Source of the DNA: Gammaproteobacteria bacterium
Lineage (GTDB): Bacteria; Pseudomonadota; Gammaproteobacteria; Eutrophobiales; Eutrophobiaceae
Length of the DNA stretch: 64,000 nt
Direction: 5' to 3'
NCBI GenBank assembly: GCA_963422205.2
Contig: CAXMWX010000001.1
Span: 384,001-448,000 of the forward strand
The notes beneath the pieces were generated by a model. It saw nothing but the letters and a program-made list of their open reading frames with translations. It had not been told where the DNA came from and did no database searches. This document shows, piece by piece, positions 24,045 through 33,888 of this stretch. A program made the translations under genes and the position numbers. Each line of letters opens with the position of its first letter. Within the stretch, counting starts at the first letter, position 1.

Positions 24045-24314
24045 CGTATCCGGATATCTGTGCATGTTAGTGTAAAAGCCCATGCCCTTACAGGCTGATC
24101 CTGTATACTGAACATCGGCACAGTATAACGTACAATAGCGGCTGAATGACGGCTGAACAGGTCTGCCCGTGCATCTTGCACGGCAAAACAGCGTACTCAT
24201 GCGATGACATTGTTACCAAAATCCGGGTTACAATTCAGGCCACAGCCAAACTGCAATTCAGGTCAAAGCCAACGCCGCTATCATGCCATCCATGATACCT
24301 GATCTGCACCCGCT

Positions 24315-25631
24315 ATGCCTATTACCGATAAGATAATCGCCGCCATGCCAGCCCCTGATCTGGCGGAGACCCGGCTACAGACCTTGTCTCGCAATGCGAC
24401 AGCAAAGCGGCAGATACGCACCATGGATGCACCGCTGCTGCACGATTTTCTGCATCTTATCTCTTATTCCAGTTTTATCTTTTACTTATTTTGCCGTCAA
24501 CCGGATTTTATCCGGGAAGTCGGGCAGCCGGCAGAACTCGCCGCCGACAGCCTGCCGGATGTGGCTGATTATCAGGCGTTGCGGCACTATAAATACCGGC
24601 AATTATTGCGGATTTGCTGGATGGATATCAGCGCACGTTATGATTATGACATCATCTTGTCGCTGTTAAGCCGCCTGGCCGTGTCGATCATCAGGGCGGC
24701 GATGATGCTCGTCGCCGGTGAAGACAAGCAACAGATCAGGCAGTCGCTGGCGCTATTTGCCCTGGGCAAACTGGGGGCAGAGGAGCTGAACTTCAGCTCA
24801 GATATTGATTTGATCTTCGTCAGCACGAATGATGACAGAGCACCAAGGCAGCATGCTGAATTACTTGGCCTGCTGACCAGATTCATCCGGGCCTTCAGCC
24901 AGCAACTGGAGCAAAACACCGGGCAGGGGTTTCTTTATCGGGTTGACTTGAAACTGCGTCCCTGGGGCGGCAGCGGGCCCCTGATCATGTCGATTGATGA
25001 GACAGAAAATTACTATGAGGCCAGTTCAGCGCCCTGGGAGCGGCTGGCCTGGTTACGCGCCCGCTGTGTTGGCGGTAATCCGGGCCTGGGGGCGGATCTC
25101 TTGCAGCGCCTGCACCCGTTTATCTTCATGCGCTCGTTAAGCACCAGCGATCTGGAGCGTTTTTTAGCACTCAAAAGCCAAATGGCCGCTGCACGCATAC
25201 GCCAGGGCCACTGGCATGTGAAGACAGGCGAGGGCGGGATCAGAGATATTGAATTTTTTATCCACATACTGCAACTGGTCAATGCCGCCAGGCATCCTGA
25301 ATTGCAGCAGACCAACACCTTGATGACCCTGGCCGCCCTGGGCAGGAGCGGTTACCTGAACGAGTCGCTTGTTGCCAGGGTGCGGCAGAGTTATCTGTTT
25401 CTGCGCCGGCTGGAGAATCGCCTGCAAATGCGTGAGGAGCAGCAGACCCATGCGCTGCCGGATGCGCCGGGGCAGCGCCTGATCATTGCCCGCTCTCTCG
25501 GCATGAGCGGTGCTGATGATGATCAGGTGATGGATAATTTTGAAACCCTGCTGTTTGCCAACCAGATGATCGCCAGGCAGGCATTTGAACAGATTCTGCC
25601 GGAACAGACCCTGCCAGAGCAGATGATCTGA
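24315..25631 (+). CDS. glnE: GlnE N-terminal half (adenylyl-removase-type domain)
   Basis: GKLGAEELNFSSDIDLIF, RVDLKLRPWG, KTGEGGIRDIEF, YLFLRRLENRLQM. Confidence 0.85.
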   Translation: MPITDKIIAAMPAPDLAETRLQTLSRNATAKRQIRTMDAPLLHDFLHLISYSSFIFYLFCRQPDFIREVGQPAELAADSLPDVADYQALRHYKYRQLLRICWMDISARYDYDIILSLLSRLAVSIIRAAMMLVAGEDKQQIRQSLALFALGKLGAEELNFSSDIDLIFVSTNDDRAPRQHAELLGLLTRFIRAFSQQLEQNTGQGFLYRVDLKLRPWGGSGPLIMSIDETENYYEASSAPWERLAWLRARCVGGNPGLGADLLQRLHPFIFMRSLSTSDLERFLALKSQMAAARIRQGHWHVKTGEGGIRDIEFFIHILQLVNAARHPELQQTNTLMTLAALGRSGYLNESLVARVRQSYLFLRRLENRLQMREEQQTHALPDAPGQRLIIARSLGMSGADDDQVMDNFETLLFANQMIARQAFEQILPEQTLPEQMI

Positions 25632-26938
25632 TGATACACGATCCGACATGGACAGCCGCCCTGCCAGCTTGCTGGCACAGCGGGCAGGCCGGCAAAAGCC
25701 TGTCACGCTGGCAGGCATTGTGTGAGCAAAATGACTGGGGCGAAGTGCCGGGGGATTTGGCTTTGCTGGCGAGGGTGTTCGGTGCCAGTTGGTATTTTAC
25801 CCGGTTTATTTTTTATCGTGGTCTGAAGGCGGCGGCCCTGGTGGATGCACAGCAGGGGCAGGAGGTCACGGCTGAACATATCAGGGCGGCGCTGCGGTTG
25901 GATTTAAGCGATGATAGCGAAGCTGGCATCAGGCAGCTGGCGCTGGTCAAGAACGAATGGATGCTGAGGATACTGCTGTGTTATCTGGGCCGGCAAACCG
26001 ACCTGCAACAGACAGAAGCCTTGTTGACCGTGCTGGCCGAATCGGTGTTTCTGGTTTTTTTTCAACACCTGACAAGGCAGATCGCCCCGCAGCAAACCGC
26101 CCTGGCGATCCTGGCGATGGGGCGCATGTCCGGTCATGAAATGACATTCGGCTCTGATCTGGATCTGATTTTTTTATATCAGGATCCTCGGGCGGCGGAT
26201 AATTCGCTGTTAAGCCGGCAGATACAGAAAGTCCTGCGTTATCTGGGCAGCATCACCCCGCTGGGCGTGCTCTATGAAGTGGATATGCGTTTGCGACCGC
26301 ATGGCACCGCCGGTGCGCTGGTTACATCAGTGCAGAGTTTTACCGATTATCATGCCAAAGAACGTGATATATGGGAGCGTCAGCTGATGACCCGCTGCCG
26401 CATTATCCATGATCCTGAAGGCTTTGCGGCGGCGGCGCTCAAGGAGGTGAACAGCCATGTGTATCAGCACTATGATCAGCAGGTGTTGCGGCATGAGATA
26501 GTCAGTATGCGGCGCAAAGTAGAACAGGAGCTGGGGCGGCCAAGGGATAAATATGAAATCAAAAGAGGGCGTGGCGGCCTTATGGACATTGATTTTTTAT
26601 GCCACTATTTTCAATTATCATGTGGCCATCAGGCCGCCTCAAACCGCACCAACAGCACCCGCACCGCCATCAGGCTTGCCGGGGCGGCGGGTTTTTTGTC
26701 CACAGCACAAGCCAATGGTCTTGCCGCGGCGTATCATTATTTTAAGACAATCGAAACGGCCTTGCGCCTGTGGGACTTGAAGGCCATGGACAGTTTCTCT
26801 TCGCAGCATGAGCGCAATGCCCATCTGGCGGTTGCCTGTGGTTTTGCCGCCGGACAGACAGAGATGTTTATGGCACAGTATCTTGGCCAGACGGATACGG
26901 TGAGGGGCATATTTGAGGCAAAGCTGGCGCCTTTATAG
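25631..26938 (+). CDS. glnE: GlnE C-terminal half (adenylyltransferase-type domain)
   Basis: MGRMSGHEMTFGSDLDLIFLY, LYEVDMRLRPHG, KRGRGGLMDIDF; TGATG overlap with previous ORF. Confidence 0.85.
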   Translation: MIHDPTWTAALPACWHSGQAGKSLSRWQALCEQNDWGEVPGDLALLARVFGASWYFTRFIFYRGLKAAALVDAQQGQEVTAEHIRAALRLDLSDDSEAGIRQLALVKNEWMLRILLCYLGRQTDLQQTEALLTVLAESVFLVFFQHLTRQIAPQQTALAILAMGRMSGHEMTFGSDLDLIFLYQDPRAADNSLLSRQIQKVLRYLGSITPLGVLYEVDMRLRPHGTAGALVTSVQSFTDYHAKERDIWERQLMTRCRIIHDPEGFAAAALKEVNSHVYQHYDQQVLRHEIVSMRRKVEQELGRPRDKYEIKRGRGGLMDIDFLCHYFQLSCGHQAASNRTNSTRTAIRLAGAAGFLSTAQANGLAAAYHYFKTIETALRLWDLKAMDSFSSQHERNAHLAVACGFAAGQTEMFMAQYLGQTDTVRGIFEAKLAPL

Positions 26939-27179
26939 CGGCTCATGTGCTGGCTGCTGGCGATGAGTGTCTATGCGGCAGCGAGCTTGATGTTGCCTTC
27001 CCCGCTCTGTTGCATGTTGCTGCGATGTGGCTCCCTGGCATAACGTTTTTTTAAAATGGGTAGCCGTTGCCGATGTGCATGGGCCGATGTGCATGGCCTG
27101 CTTCAACATAAGTTGCGATACATTCCCGCAATTCAATCGGATGGGGCCAAGGGCATCGCAAAATCCACATAAACGTGCT

Positions 27180-28130
27180 CTAGTCTGCGCCCGGGCGCTC
27201 CATCAGATCGAGCAGGCGTGTGGCGAAGTCCTGCCAACTTGGCAGAAAGCCCTTGGCCTCCATGCGCTCGTAATACGCGTCAATCTCATGCGGGCTGTGG
27301 GTTTCGGTAATCTCCTGAAAGAACGCGATCGCTTCCTCAACGCTCGCCACCTGCCGGTAGAACGGATTTCTGGGGCAGATACTCTCCATCTCTTCGTGCA
27401 GATCACAGCGGCTTGCGATCACATCGCGACTGTGAAGCATCTGCGTCAACTTGAGCTTGAAGCCGACCTCGAAGCGATCGTTGATGAGTGCGAAGCCCGG
27501 CGTGACTGGGGCATCAAGATCCTCGATTCGGTAGCCAGCTGCGGTAAGTTGGCGGATATCTTCCGGCGTGAGAGCGCTCAGTTTTTTTGGCAGCCAGACT
27601 TTGGTTCCCGATATATGCACGACCCTGTCAGATCGCTTTACACGAGGTGTTGGATGCGGTGGCACAATACATATACCGGACCGTCCCGACAACGTTGGAA
27701 AGTCAGATAAGGCCAGCCTGTGTTCACGCTGCGAAATAAAGAAGACGCTGTTCGCTGCGGCGAATGCCTTGCGATAGAAAGCGGGGCTGCCCAGACGATA
27801 GCAGCGCTCAACCAGCGGGCGCCCCCGAAAGGCAAAGTGCGTAAAATAATTGTGAACGATCAAGGCATCAACCGGCCCGTGATGTGCGATTCGGAACAGC
27901 GCTTCATGCGAGAGGATAATCCTGCGCCCCGAACGGCGGGCCTCGGCGATGCGCTGCTGAGTTGCCGCATCGATCAACGAAGCCCATGCTGGCAGGCGTG
28001 CTGATCTCTGTAGCAGTACATTGACGACTTTGATGTCTTTGGTCGATAAATGGGCAATCAGACGGTCGTCCAGGATATTACTACCATAGACACCATCTAG
28101 ATTGGCAAGGCGTACGAAGAGCATTTTCAA
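27180..28130 (-). CDS. Hypothetical protein, possibly divergent glycosyltransferase
   Basis: 316-aa ORF downstream of a GT4 gene; VFFISQRE and GFKLKL resemble GT-B segments. Confidence 0.55.
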   Translation of the reverse strand: MKMLFVRLANLDGVYGSNILDDRLIAHLSTKDIKVVNVLLQRSARLPAWASLIDAATQQRIAEARRSGRRIILSHEALFRIAHHGPVDALIVHNYFTHFAFRGRPLVERCYRLGSPAFYRKAFAAANSVFFISQREHRLALSDFPTLSGRSGICIVPPHPTPRVKRSDRVVHISGTKVWLPKKLSALTPEDIRQLTAAGYRIEDLDAPVTPGFALINDRFEVGFKLKLTQMLHSRDVIASRCDLHEEMESICPRNPFYRQVASVEEAIAFFQEITETHSPHEIDAYYERMEAKGFLPSWQDFATRLLDLMERPGAD

Positions 28131-28422
28131 AAGCGCGAATGATATATCACAACGTAACGTGTGTTCAGATCATGGATGATCTGTTTAAGGCATGTCCTTT
28201 TCCGACATGTCAGCACCTGATGCAAACATTTTTCAACCATAACCTGCCCTTGTGATTCGATGTCCATGCGGTAGCGATCTTGATTTTTCCCCCCAAGCCA
28301 TTAACCAGGCCATGAACCAAGCTATCCAAACATCCCCACCCATCGGGCGCGGAAGCGTCACGACCCTTATGATCGCATCGCTGCGTTTTGCAACCTCGAT
28401 GGCTGTGATCAACGAGCGTTGC

Positions 28423-28440
28423 GGGGGGGGGGGGGGGGGG
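28423..28440. repeat. G18 homopolymer tract
   Basis: Direct count of 18 G. Confidence 0.95.
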
Positions 28441-28475
28441 ACTGATCAGAGGCGTTACACGGAGCAGATCCCAGC

Positions 28476-29750
28476 TCATCTTTCGAGCCCCAGAATGTGT
28501 TCATAGAGCGACAGATAAGCCGGGATGGTCGCCTCATGGCCGACTTTTGCCACGATTGCTTCTCGCACCTTCGTGCGCTCTGGCGGGGCGGTCAGCAGCC
28601 GGTGGATGCCGCCAGCGAGTGCAGCACAATCAAACGGGGGCGCCAGCGTGCCGGTTCTGCCTTCGGCGATGAGGTCGGGCATGCCGCCGATGTCGAACGC
28701 CGCCACCGGAGTGCCGCAGGCCATCGCCTCAACCACCATGTTAGGCAGATTGTCCTGACGCGACGGGGCGATGAGGACATCGGCGGCTGAGTAGACCAGC
28801 CTCAGCATGAGCTGGTCATGCAATGTCCCCAGAAAATGGCTTGTAAAATGACTCGCCAGCCCCGGTTCATTATCGCCAGCCCTGATAGTACCCACCCTGG
28901 TACCGCCGAAGACGAGCAATTCCGCATCCTGCCCGGCACCGTGTTCGCATTCTAAGTCTTTGAGGGCGGACAGGAGGAGATCATAGCCCTTGCGTTGGTC
29001 AGTGGGGCCATCTATGGCACCGAAAAGCAAAAGTTTTTTATTAGCCGGCAGGCCGAGCAACTGACGCGCTGTGTCTTTATCAACGGGGGCGAAGGCGGCG
29101 GTATCCAGCGGGTTGGGGATGACGTTACAGGGCATCTCACCCATCAGGGCACTGTCTTTTGCACACTGTGCCAGCCAACGGCTGGGCGCAACCAGGTAAA
29201 ACCTTTTGTCATTCCAGTACCGCGCCTTGCGAGCCCAGGTGTAGCGGTCGATATCCATGCCGCGATAGGTTGGCGGCCGGTTGGCCGCCGTGTAGGGCAT
29301 CTTCCAGCGACCGGGGTGTTCCAGGTCATCGTAGTGTTCGGCGCCCATGAAGGGCCACATGTCGTGCATAGTCCAGACGATGGGTTTGTCGATTCGACCG
29401 ATCTCTTTGACCGACAGCATATTCCAACCAACCCAGTGCAGATTGACGATATCGAAATCGCTGGCATTGATCCAGCGGCCCAGACCGGAGGGGAACAGTC
29501 CGGGCGAATGAATGACCTGGTTTGTCGGCGTCCGCTGCAGCAATGTGATCAGTTTGGATGCAACGAGTTTTGTATATTGAGCGAAGCGTTGCTGCCTGGA
29601 TAGCGGCCTTAAAACCACATTTTCACCGATGTAAGGGTGCATGGCTGTGAAATGGCTGTCACTACCTCGGCAGCGCAATCCATCATGCAGTCGCAGGGCC
29701 GCCCGCCCGGCGCCGCCGTCTGTACTGACACTGACGTGTAGTATCTTCAT
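28476..29750 (-). CDS. GT4 glycosyltransferase (WcaC-like)
   Basis: GGAGRAALRLH, IVNLHW, WTMHDMWP, DNLPNMVVEAMACGTP. Confidence 0.92.
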   Translation of the reverse strand: MKILHVSVSTDGGAGRAALRLHDGLRCRGSDSHFTAMHPYIGENVVLRPLSRQQRFAQYTKLVASKLITLLQRTPTNQVIHSPGLFPSGLGRWINASDFDIVNLHWVGWNMLSVKEIGRIDKPIVWTMHDMWPFMGAEHYDDLEHPGRWKMPYTAANRPPTYRGMDIDRYTWARKARYWNDKRFYLVAPSRWLAQCAKDSALMGEMPCNVIPNPLDTAAFAPVDKDTARQLLGLPANKKLLLFGAIDGPTDQRKGYDLLLSALKDLECEHGAGQDAELLVFGGTRVGTIRAGDNEPGLASHFTSHFLGTLHDQLMLRLVYSAADVLIAPSRQDNLPNMVVEAMACGTPVAAFDIGGMPDLIAEGRTGTLAPPFDCAALAGGIHRLLTAPPERTKVREAIVAKVGHEATIPAYLSLYEHILGLER

Positions 29751-29909
29751 GGGCTTTTATGTTACAGCATATTGCAGGATACGGACATGGAAATAAGGCA
29801 GATGTCATTTCAGGCAGAGGTTTGACATCTGCCCTGCAAAGGAATTTTTTGCAGTCCATATTGTAATGCCCAATAATAGCACCGGAGAATTTTTGGGATA
29901 GTTGAAAGC

Positions 29910-30923
29910 ATGTCTATGCAAAATGACGATGGTATCGTTCTCATGACCAGCATGGCGGCTGTGCAGTTTGAGAATCCTGAGCGCCGCCGTGAAATTCGCC
30001 GGGCGACTGAAATCAACTGTGACAACCCGGCGATAACTGAGGTGGTTATTTTTTTTGAAGGGGGGCGGCTGCCTGATGTCACCATTTTTCAGCATCCGAA
30101 AATACGTATCAAATGGGTTGATGCCCGGCCAAGGTACGGTTGCTTTTTCGATGATGCGAAGGCCAATTATCCAGGCCGGGCCGTTGCTGTCACGAGTGCG
30201 GATATCGCCTTTTTCCCTGACTCAAACATAGAACAGGCGCATGGCATTGGGGATGATGAACTCTGGTTTATTGGCAGATACGATTTCAATCCAGCCGAAC
30301 AGCGGTGGATGCTGCATAAGCATTTTCCGGCACTCAATTCAGGAGGCGGGACACCGGCAGCACCGCTTGAGGATAACATATTGCGGACTTACCCGGAGGG
30401 GACTCATCCGGCCGATTATGTCCCTGTTGCCAAAGAGGCCGTTGATTTGAACATGGGATACGCTGCCGGGGAATATCTTGGCACGGCAGACGGCTTTATC
30501 TTCAGATCTCCCCTCCCCAGCCGACTTTATACGAGACGCATAGGCATGCCCGGATGCGATCTCTATCTTATGGTGGCCGCCTATATGGCGGGCATCAGGC
30601 TGTTATTCCCATCGCTTAGCATTATCGGACGGCATTTTCACAGTGCCAGCTGGCGTCATTATCCGCCAGCCCGTGGTTTTTTTGATCGCCTGATTGAACC
30701 GGCTGAACGGCAGATTTGGTTCAGATACATGCGTGATAAAGTGCAGCTCTGTCGTTTGGATGAGCGAACATACTGTGTTCTTAAATGCCGTCTTCCGATT
30801 CGTATTCTCATCTACCTGCGTGCGCTGTTTTCAGGTCATGCGATGCCTGTTAAGGCGTTAATTTCGTCCACCCTTAAAATACGTAAACCCAAAGTTCGGG
30901 GGGGGGGGGGGGGGGGCGTCTGA
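29910..30923 (+). CDS. Hypothetical protein, possibly glycan-acting; last codons run through poly-G
   Basis: 337-aa ORF divergent from GT4; no family recognised with confidence. Confidence 0.6.
   Translation: MSMQNDDGIVLMTSMAAVQFENPERRREIRRATEINCDNPAITEVVIFFEGGRLPDVTIFQHPKIRIKWVDARPRYGCFFDDAKANYPGRAVAVTSADIAFFPDSNIEQAHGIGDDELWFIGRYDFNPAEQRWMLHKHFPALNSGGGTPAAPLEDNILRTYPEGTHPADYVPVAKEAVDLNMGYAAGEYLGTADGFIFRSPLPSRLYTRRIGMPGCDLYLMVAAYMAGIRLLFPSLSIIGRHFHSASWRHYPPARGFFDRLIEPAERQIWFRYMRDKVQLCRLDERTYCVLKCRLPIRILIYLRALFSGHAMPVKALISSTLKIRKPKVRGGGGGGV
30898..30916. repeat. G19 homopolymer tract
   Basis: Direct count of 19 G. Confidence 0.95.
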
Positions 30924-30936
30924 TTACACAGGCATG

Positions 30937-31782
30937 TCACCGTCGTTCAATCAGTCCCAGCCGGTAGATGCCGGCGAAGGCTCTGGACAGACTGGCCGTT
31001 GAGGCGAGCCTCTCGTTCGTCTTCGAACCGGCACGGCGAATGCCAATCTCAAGGATCTTTCTCGTCTTGATGATCCGAAACGGCACATTGGTCTCGAATT
31101 GCTCCAGCGAATCGAACCCCGTCTGAAAGACGACGCCCATCGCCTTCTGGACATCGCGCACAACCGCAACCGCTTGTGCATCTTCGTAAGTGCCATCAAG
31201 AACACGCTTGAGCAGATAGTCGAAGCCAACCCGGAAACGCCCAATCTGATCGCATAACCCCCCAAGGAACCCGAATACCCGGTCGCCGGGCAGATACATG
31301 GTGTTGCCTTCCCACACGAACAGCGTTTGCACATCACGGTCAAGACCAGCCTCTGACAGCCGGGCGGGCAGGTCAATCTCAAGATAGTCGCCGGCAACTG
31401 CCGGGCATACCGGGAGGCCGGCCTTGCCCAGCACATCCGCCTTGAACTCCAGAACCGCCGGTTGATCCATGTCAAAGAAACGCACACCTTCGCTCGCATG
31501 AATCGCCTGACGCATGTCAAACCCGCACCCCAAGGTGACGATCTGGCGTACACCGCGTGCAATCTCATCTTCCACTGTCCTGTTCAAGGCCATCGTGCGT
31601 AGCCGAATGGCATCTCCGACGGCGACATGCACATCAAGCAGCTTCTGTGCGCGCACCAGCCATTCATCGTTCACAAACAGAGAGGCATAGGGGTCGGAAA
31701 ACAACGGCGTGTCCCGGCCCTCTTCAAGCGCCCTGACCCCGGCGATGAGGAAGGCCGTTGCCCCAATTTCGTTGATGGTCAT
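30937..31782 (-). CDS. SAM-dependent methyltransferase (LCM-like family)
   Basis: TAFLIAGVRALE, LFSDPYA, QIVTLGCGFD, WEGNTMYL. Confidence 0.88.
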   Translation of the reverse strand: MTINEIGATAFLIAGVRALEEGRDTPLFSDPYASLFVNDEWLVRAQKLLDVHVAVGDAIRLRTMALNRTVEDEIARGVRQIVTLGCGFDMRQAIHASEGVRFFDMDQPAVLEFKADVLGKAGLPVCPAVAGDYLEIDLPARLSEAGLDRDVQTLFVWEGNTMYLPGDRVFGFLGGLCDQIGRFRVGFDYLLKRVLDGTYEDAQAVAVVRDVQKAMGVVFQTGFDSLEQFETNVPFRIIKTRKILEIGIRRAGSKTNERLASTASLSRAFAGIYRLGLIERR

Positions 31783-31946
31783 GCTCGAAAACCCATATCA
31801 ATCATCCGCCGGATTGTTGATTGCAGCGCCGCCTTTGTTCGCCATGTACAGCATTGCCTTCATGGCCTGGCCCCGCCTGGTCGGTGGCAGCAGCGAGCGG
31901 TACGATGATTTTCCATTCGGCCGTTCCCAGTATAAAGACCGGTGAG

Positions 31947-32990
31947 TCACACGCCCTCAATAGCGCTCAACGGGCTTTCGTTCAACGATTTCTCTGGCAG
32001 GCGCTCAGCGGCAAAGAGCAGCCCGGCGGGGATGCGGGATACGATGTTATCACGACAAAACCCCAGCATGGCCTGCCGGACAGATTGCACATAGGTGATC
32101 ATCTTATCGCTACTGGCTGTCAGGCCGGCGGCAAATAATTTCTCCTCCGGGTACAGGCGTGCCATTTTGCGGTAATACCCAACGGGCAAACGGAATGTGC
32201 CGAGTGTGACAGAATGCAGATACCGTGGCTGGATGCGGGCAAACACCTGCTCGAAAAAAGTGGCGTACATGTTTTGAAAATCCTGCGTATAAATCAGCGG
32301 GTCAAACCGCAAGCCTGTCATCCAGCCGGCCTCCTGCAGGGCCTGTATTGCCGCCAGTCGCTTTTGCAGGCTGGGGGTTTTGTGTTCGATGGCCGAGATA
32401 ATGCCCTGTGGTGCCAGGCTGAAGGCGACAACACAGTTAGGCAGAGGGTCATGTTGCAATAAGGTGCGGATCTGTGTGCTTTTGGTACGTAATTCTAACA
32501 GGGCTGTCGGGTTATCGGCAAAAAAAGGCAGGAACTCGGTCACAAATCCGGTCACCGGCGCCAGGGCCAGGCTGTCACAGTCATAACCGGAGAAGAAATG
32601 CACGGCCTCGCTGTGGCTGTCAATGCGCTCTTGTAAGGCCGTCTTGAAATCTGCGTAATTGACAAACAAAACGTAATGCGCCGACTGATACTTTCCCTGC
32701 AAAAAACAATAGCGGCAATCATACGGGCAATTCAACAGATGGGAGAAGTAGTAATTTTCCCTGGCGCCGATGGCGTATTCGGCGGGAATGGGCGGCACGT
32801 GATTGCTGTGTTTACTGGCAAGCAGGAGGGCAGGCTGACGTTTTTGCAGCCTGAAGCTCTGCGCCTTGCGATTAAATACCTCGCCGTAATGGTCGCACGG
32901 AATTGTGGTTGCCCGTGGATAACGTCCCAGTATCTGTCGGGTGAGGGCATGCTGCCGGACGGCGTGTTCAATGTAGATGCGGTCAAACAT
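31947..32990 (-). CDS. Spore photoproduct lyase-like radical SAM protein
   Basis: NCPYDCRYCFLQG (CxxxCxxC), ELRTKS, RFDPLI; start MFDRIYIE at 32990. Confidence 0.85.
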   Translation of the reverse strand: MFDRIYIEHAVRQHALTRQILGRYPRATTIPCDHYGEVFNRKAQSFRLQKRQPALLLASKHSNHVPPIPAEYAIGARENYYFSHLLNCPYDCRYCFLQGKYQSAHYVLFVNYADFKTALQERIDSHSEAVHFFSGYDCDSLALAPVTGFVTEFLPFFADNPTALLELRTKSTQIRTLLQHDPLPNCVVAFSLAPQGIISAIEHKTPSLQKRLAAIQALQEAGWMTGLRFDPLIYTQDFQNMYATFFEQVFARIQPRYLHSVTLGTFRLPVGYYRKMARLYPEEKLFAAGLTASSDKMITYVQSVRQAMLGFCRDNIVSRIPAGLLFAAERLPEKSLNESPLSAIEGV

Positions 32991-33849
32991 CGGCGGATGT
33001 TGGAAGCGGCAGTTCCGCATTCTCAATGCCTGTGCGGATAAACCGCAGCACTTCTTTGGCATCTGCATTTTTTTGTGCATACGCCAGCAGGGAGTCCGGG
33101 TGCGGGTACAATGCCGTCCAGGCAGCGATGAGTTGCCGCAGTGTATTTTTCTGACAGGCGGTGTAATGCGTGCAGGCAGTGAGCTGGCTGATCACCTCCT
33201 GTGTGGCTGAGTGGCGCACAGCCTGGGTTGCTTGCAGATCCAGCAATGCCTGCATGATGGACTCAATCTGTGGCAGGTTCTGCTCAACCAGCCCGGAGAG
33301 CGTCCGGCCATTGGGCGCCGTCACCGGGCAGTGTTTATTATCGGAGACAATCTTGACGGCATGGATTAATTCTGCCGTGCTGATCCGGCTGGCAGCATCA
33401 TAGAAGCCCGCGCCCTCCATGTCATACAGCCCCTGCCCATAGTCTGTTTCCGGTTGATCCACGGTGATGAGGCAATCCTGCGGCAGGGCGGTGGTAAAAC
33501 AACATTGCGGATACCAGTTCCGCCCGCTGCTTTGTTCGGTGATTTTATTGACTAACAAGGCCAGGCCGACAGGATGCGCTGCATGTCCGCAAACCCCTAT
33601 GTTCAGCCAGGCGGCCGGGGATTGCCCGCAGAGAGGTTGTCCAGGAAAGGATCGTCCAGGGAAATAAAATTCAGTCGCCAGCACCGCCTGTGCCGCTGCC
33701 AGCTTGCCAACGCCGGTGATGGTCAGTGAGAGCCGGGCCTGCAAATCCTGATACCGGCTGAACAGGCCGGCATCATCACAATATGACAGCCGGTATGTCT
33801 CAATCACCGGCCGGGCCTCGGCCAGCAAGGCACAGACGATATGCAGCAT
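32983..33849 (-). CDS. Nucleoside phosphorylase / MTA-SAH nucleosidase-like protein
   Basis: ITGVGK, WLNIGVCG, YDMEGAG, KIVSDN. Confidence 0.8.
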   Translation of the reverse strand: MLHIVCALLAEARPVIETYRLSYCDDAGLFSRYQDLQARLSLTITGVGKLAAAQAVLATEFYFPGRSFPGQPLCGQSPAAWLNIGVCGHAAHPVGLALLVNKITEQSSGRNWYPQCCFTTALPQDCLITVDQPETDYGQGLYDMEGAGFYDAASRISTAELIHAVKIVSDNKHCPVTAPNGRTLSGLVEQNLPQIESIMQALLDLQATQAVRHSATQEVISQLTACTHYTACQKNTLRQLIAAWTALYPHPDSLLAYAQKNADAKEVLRFIRTGIENAELPLPTSADV

Positions 33850-33888
33850 TATCTGCCCGCCCCCTGTCTCTTGACAGCCGAAACCGGC

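Noticed and set aside
27069-27096. 14-bp tandem duplication GCCGATGTGCATGG
   Set aside because: Two copies only, intergenic, no supporting context
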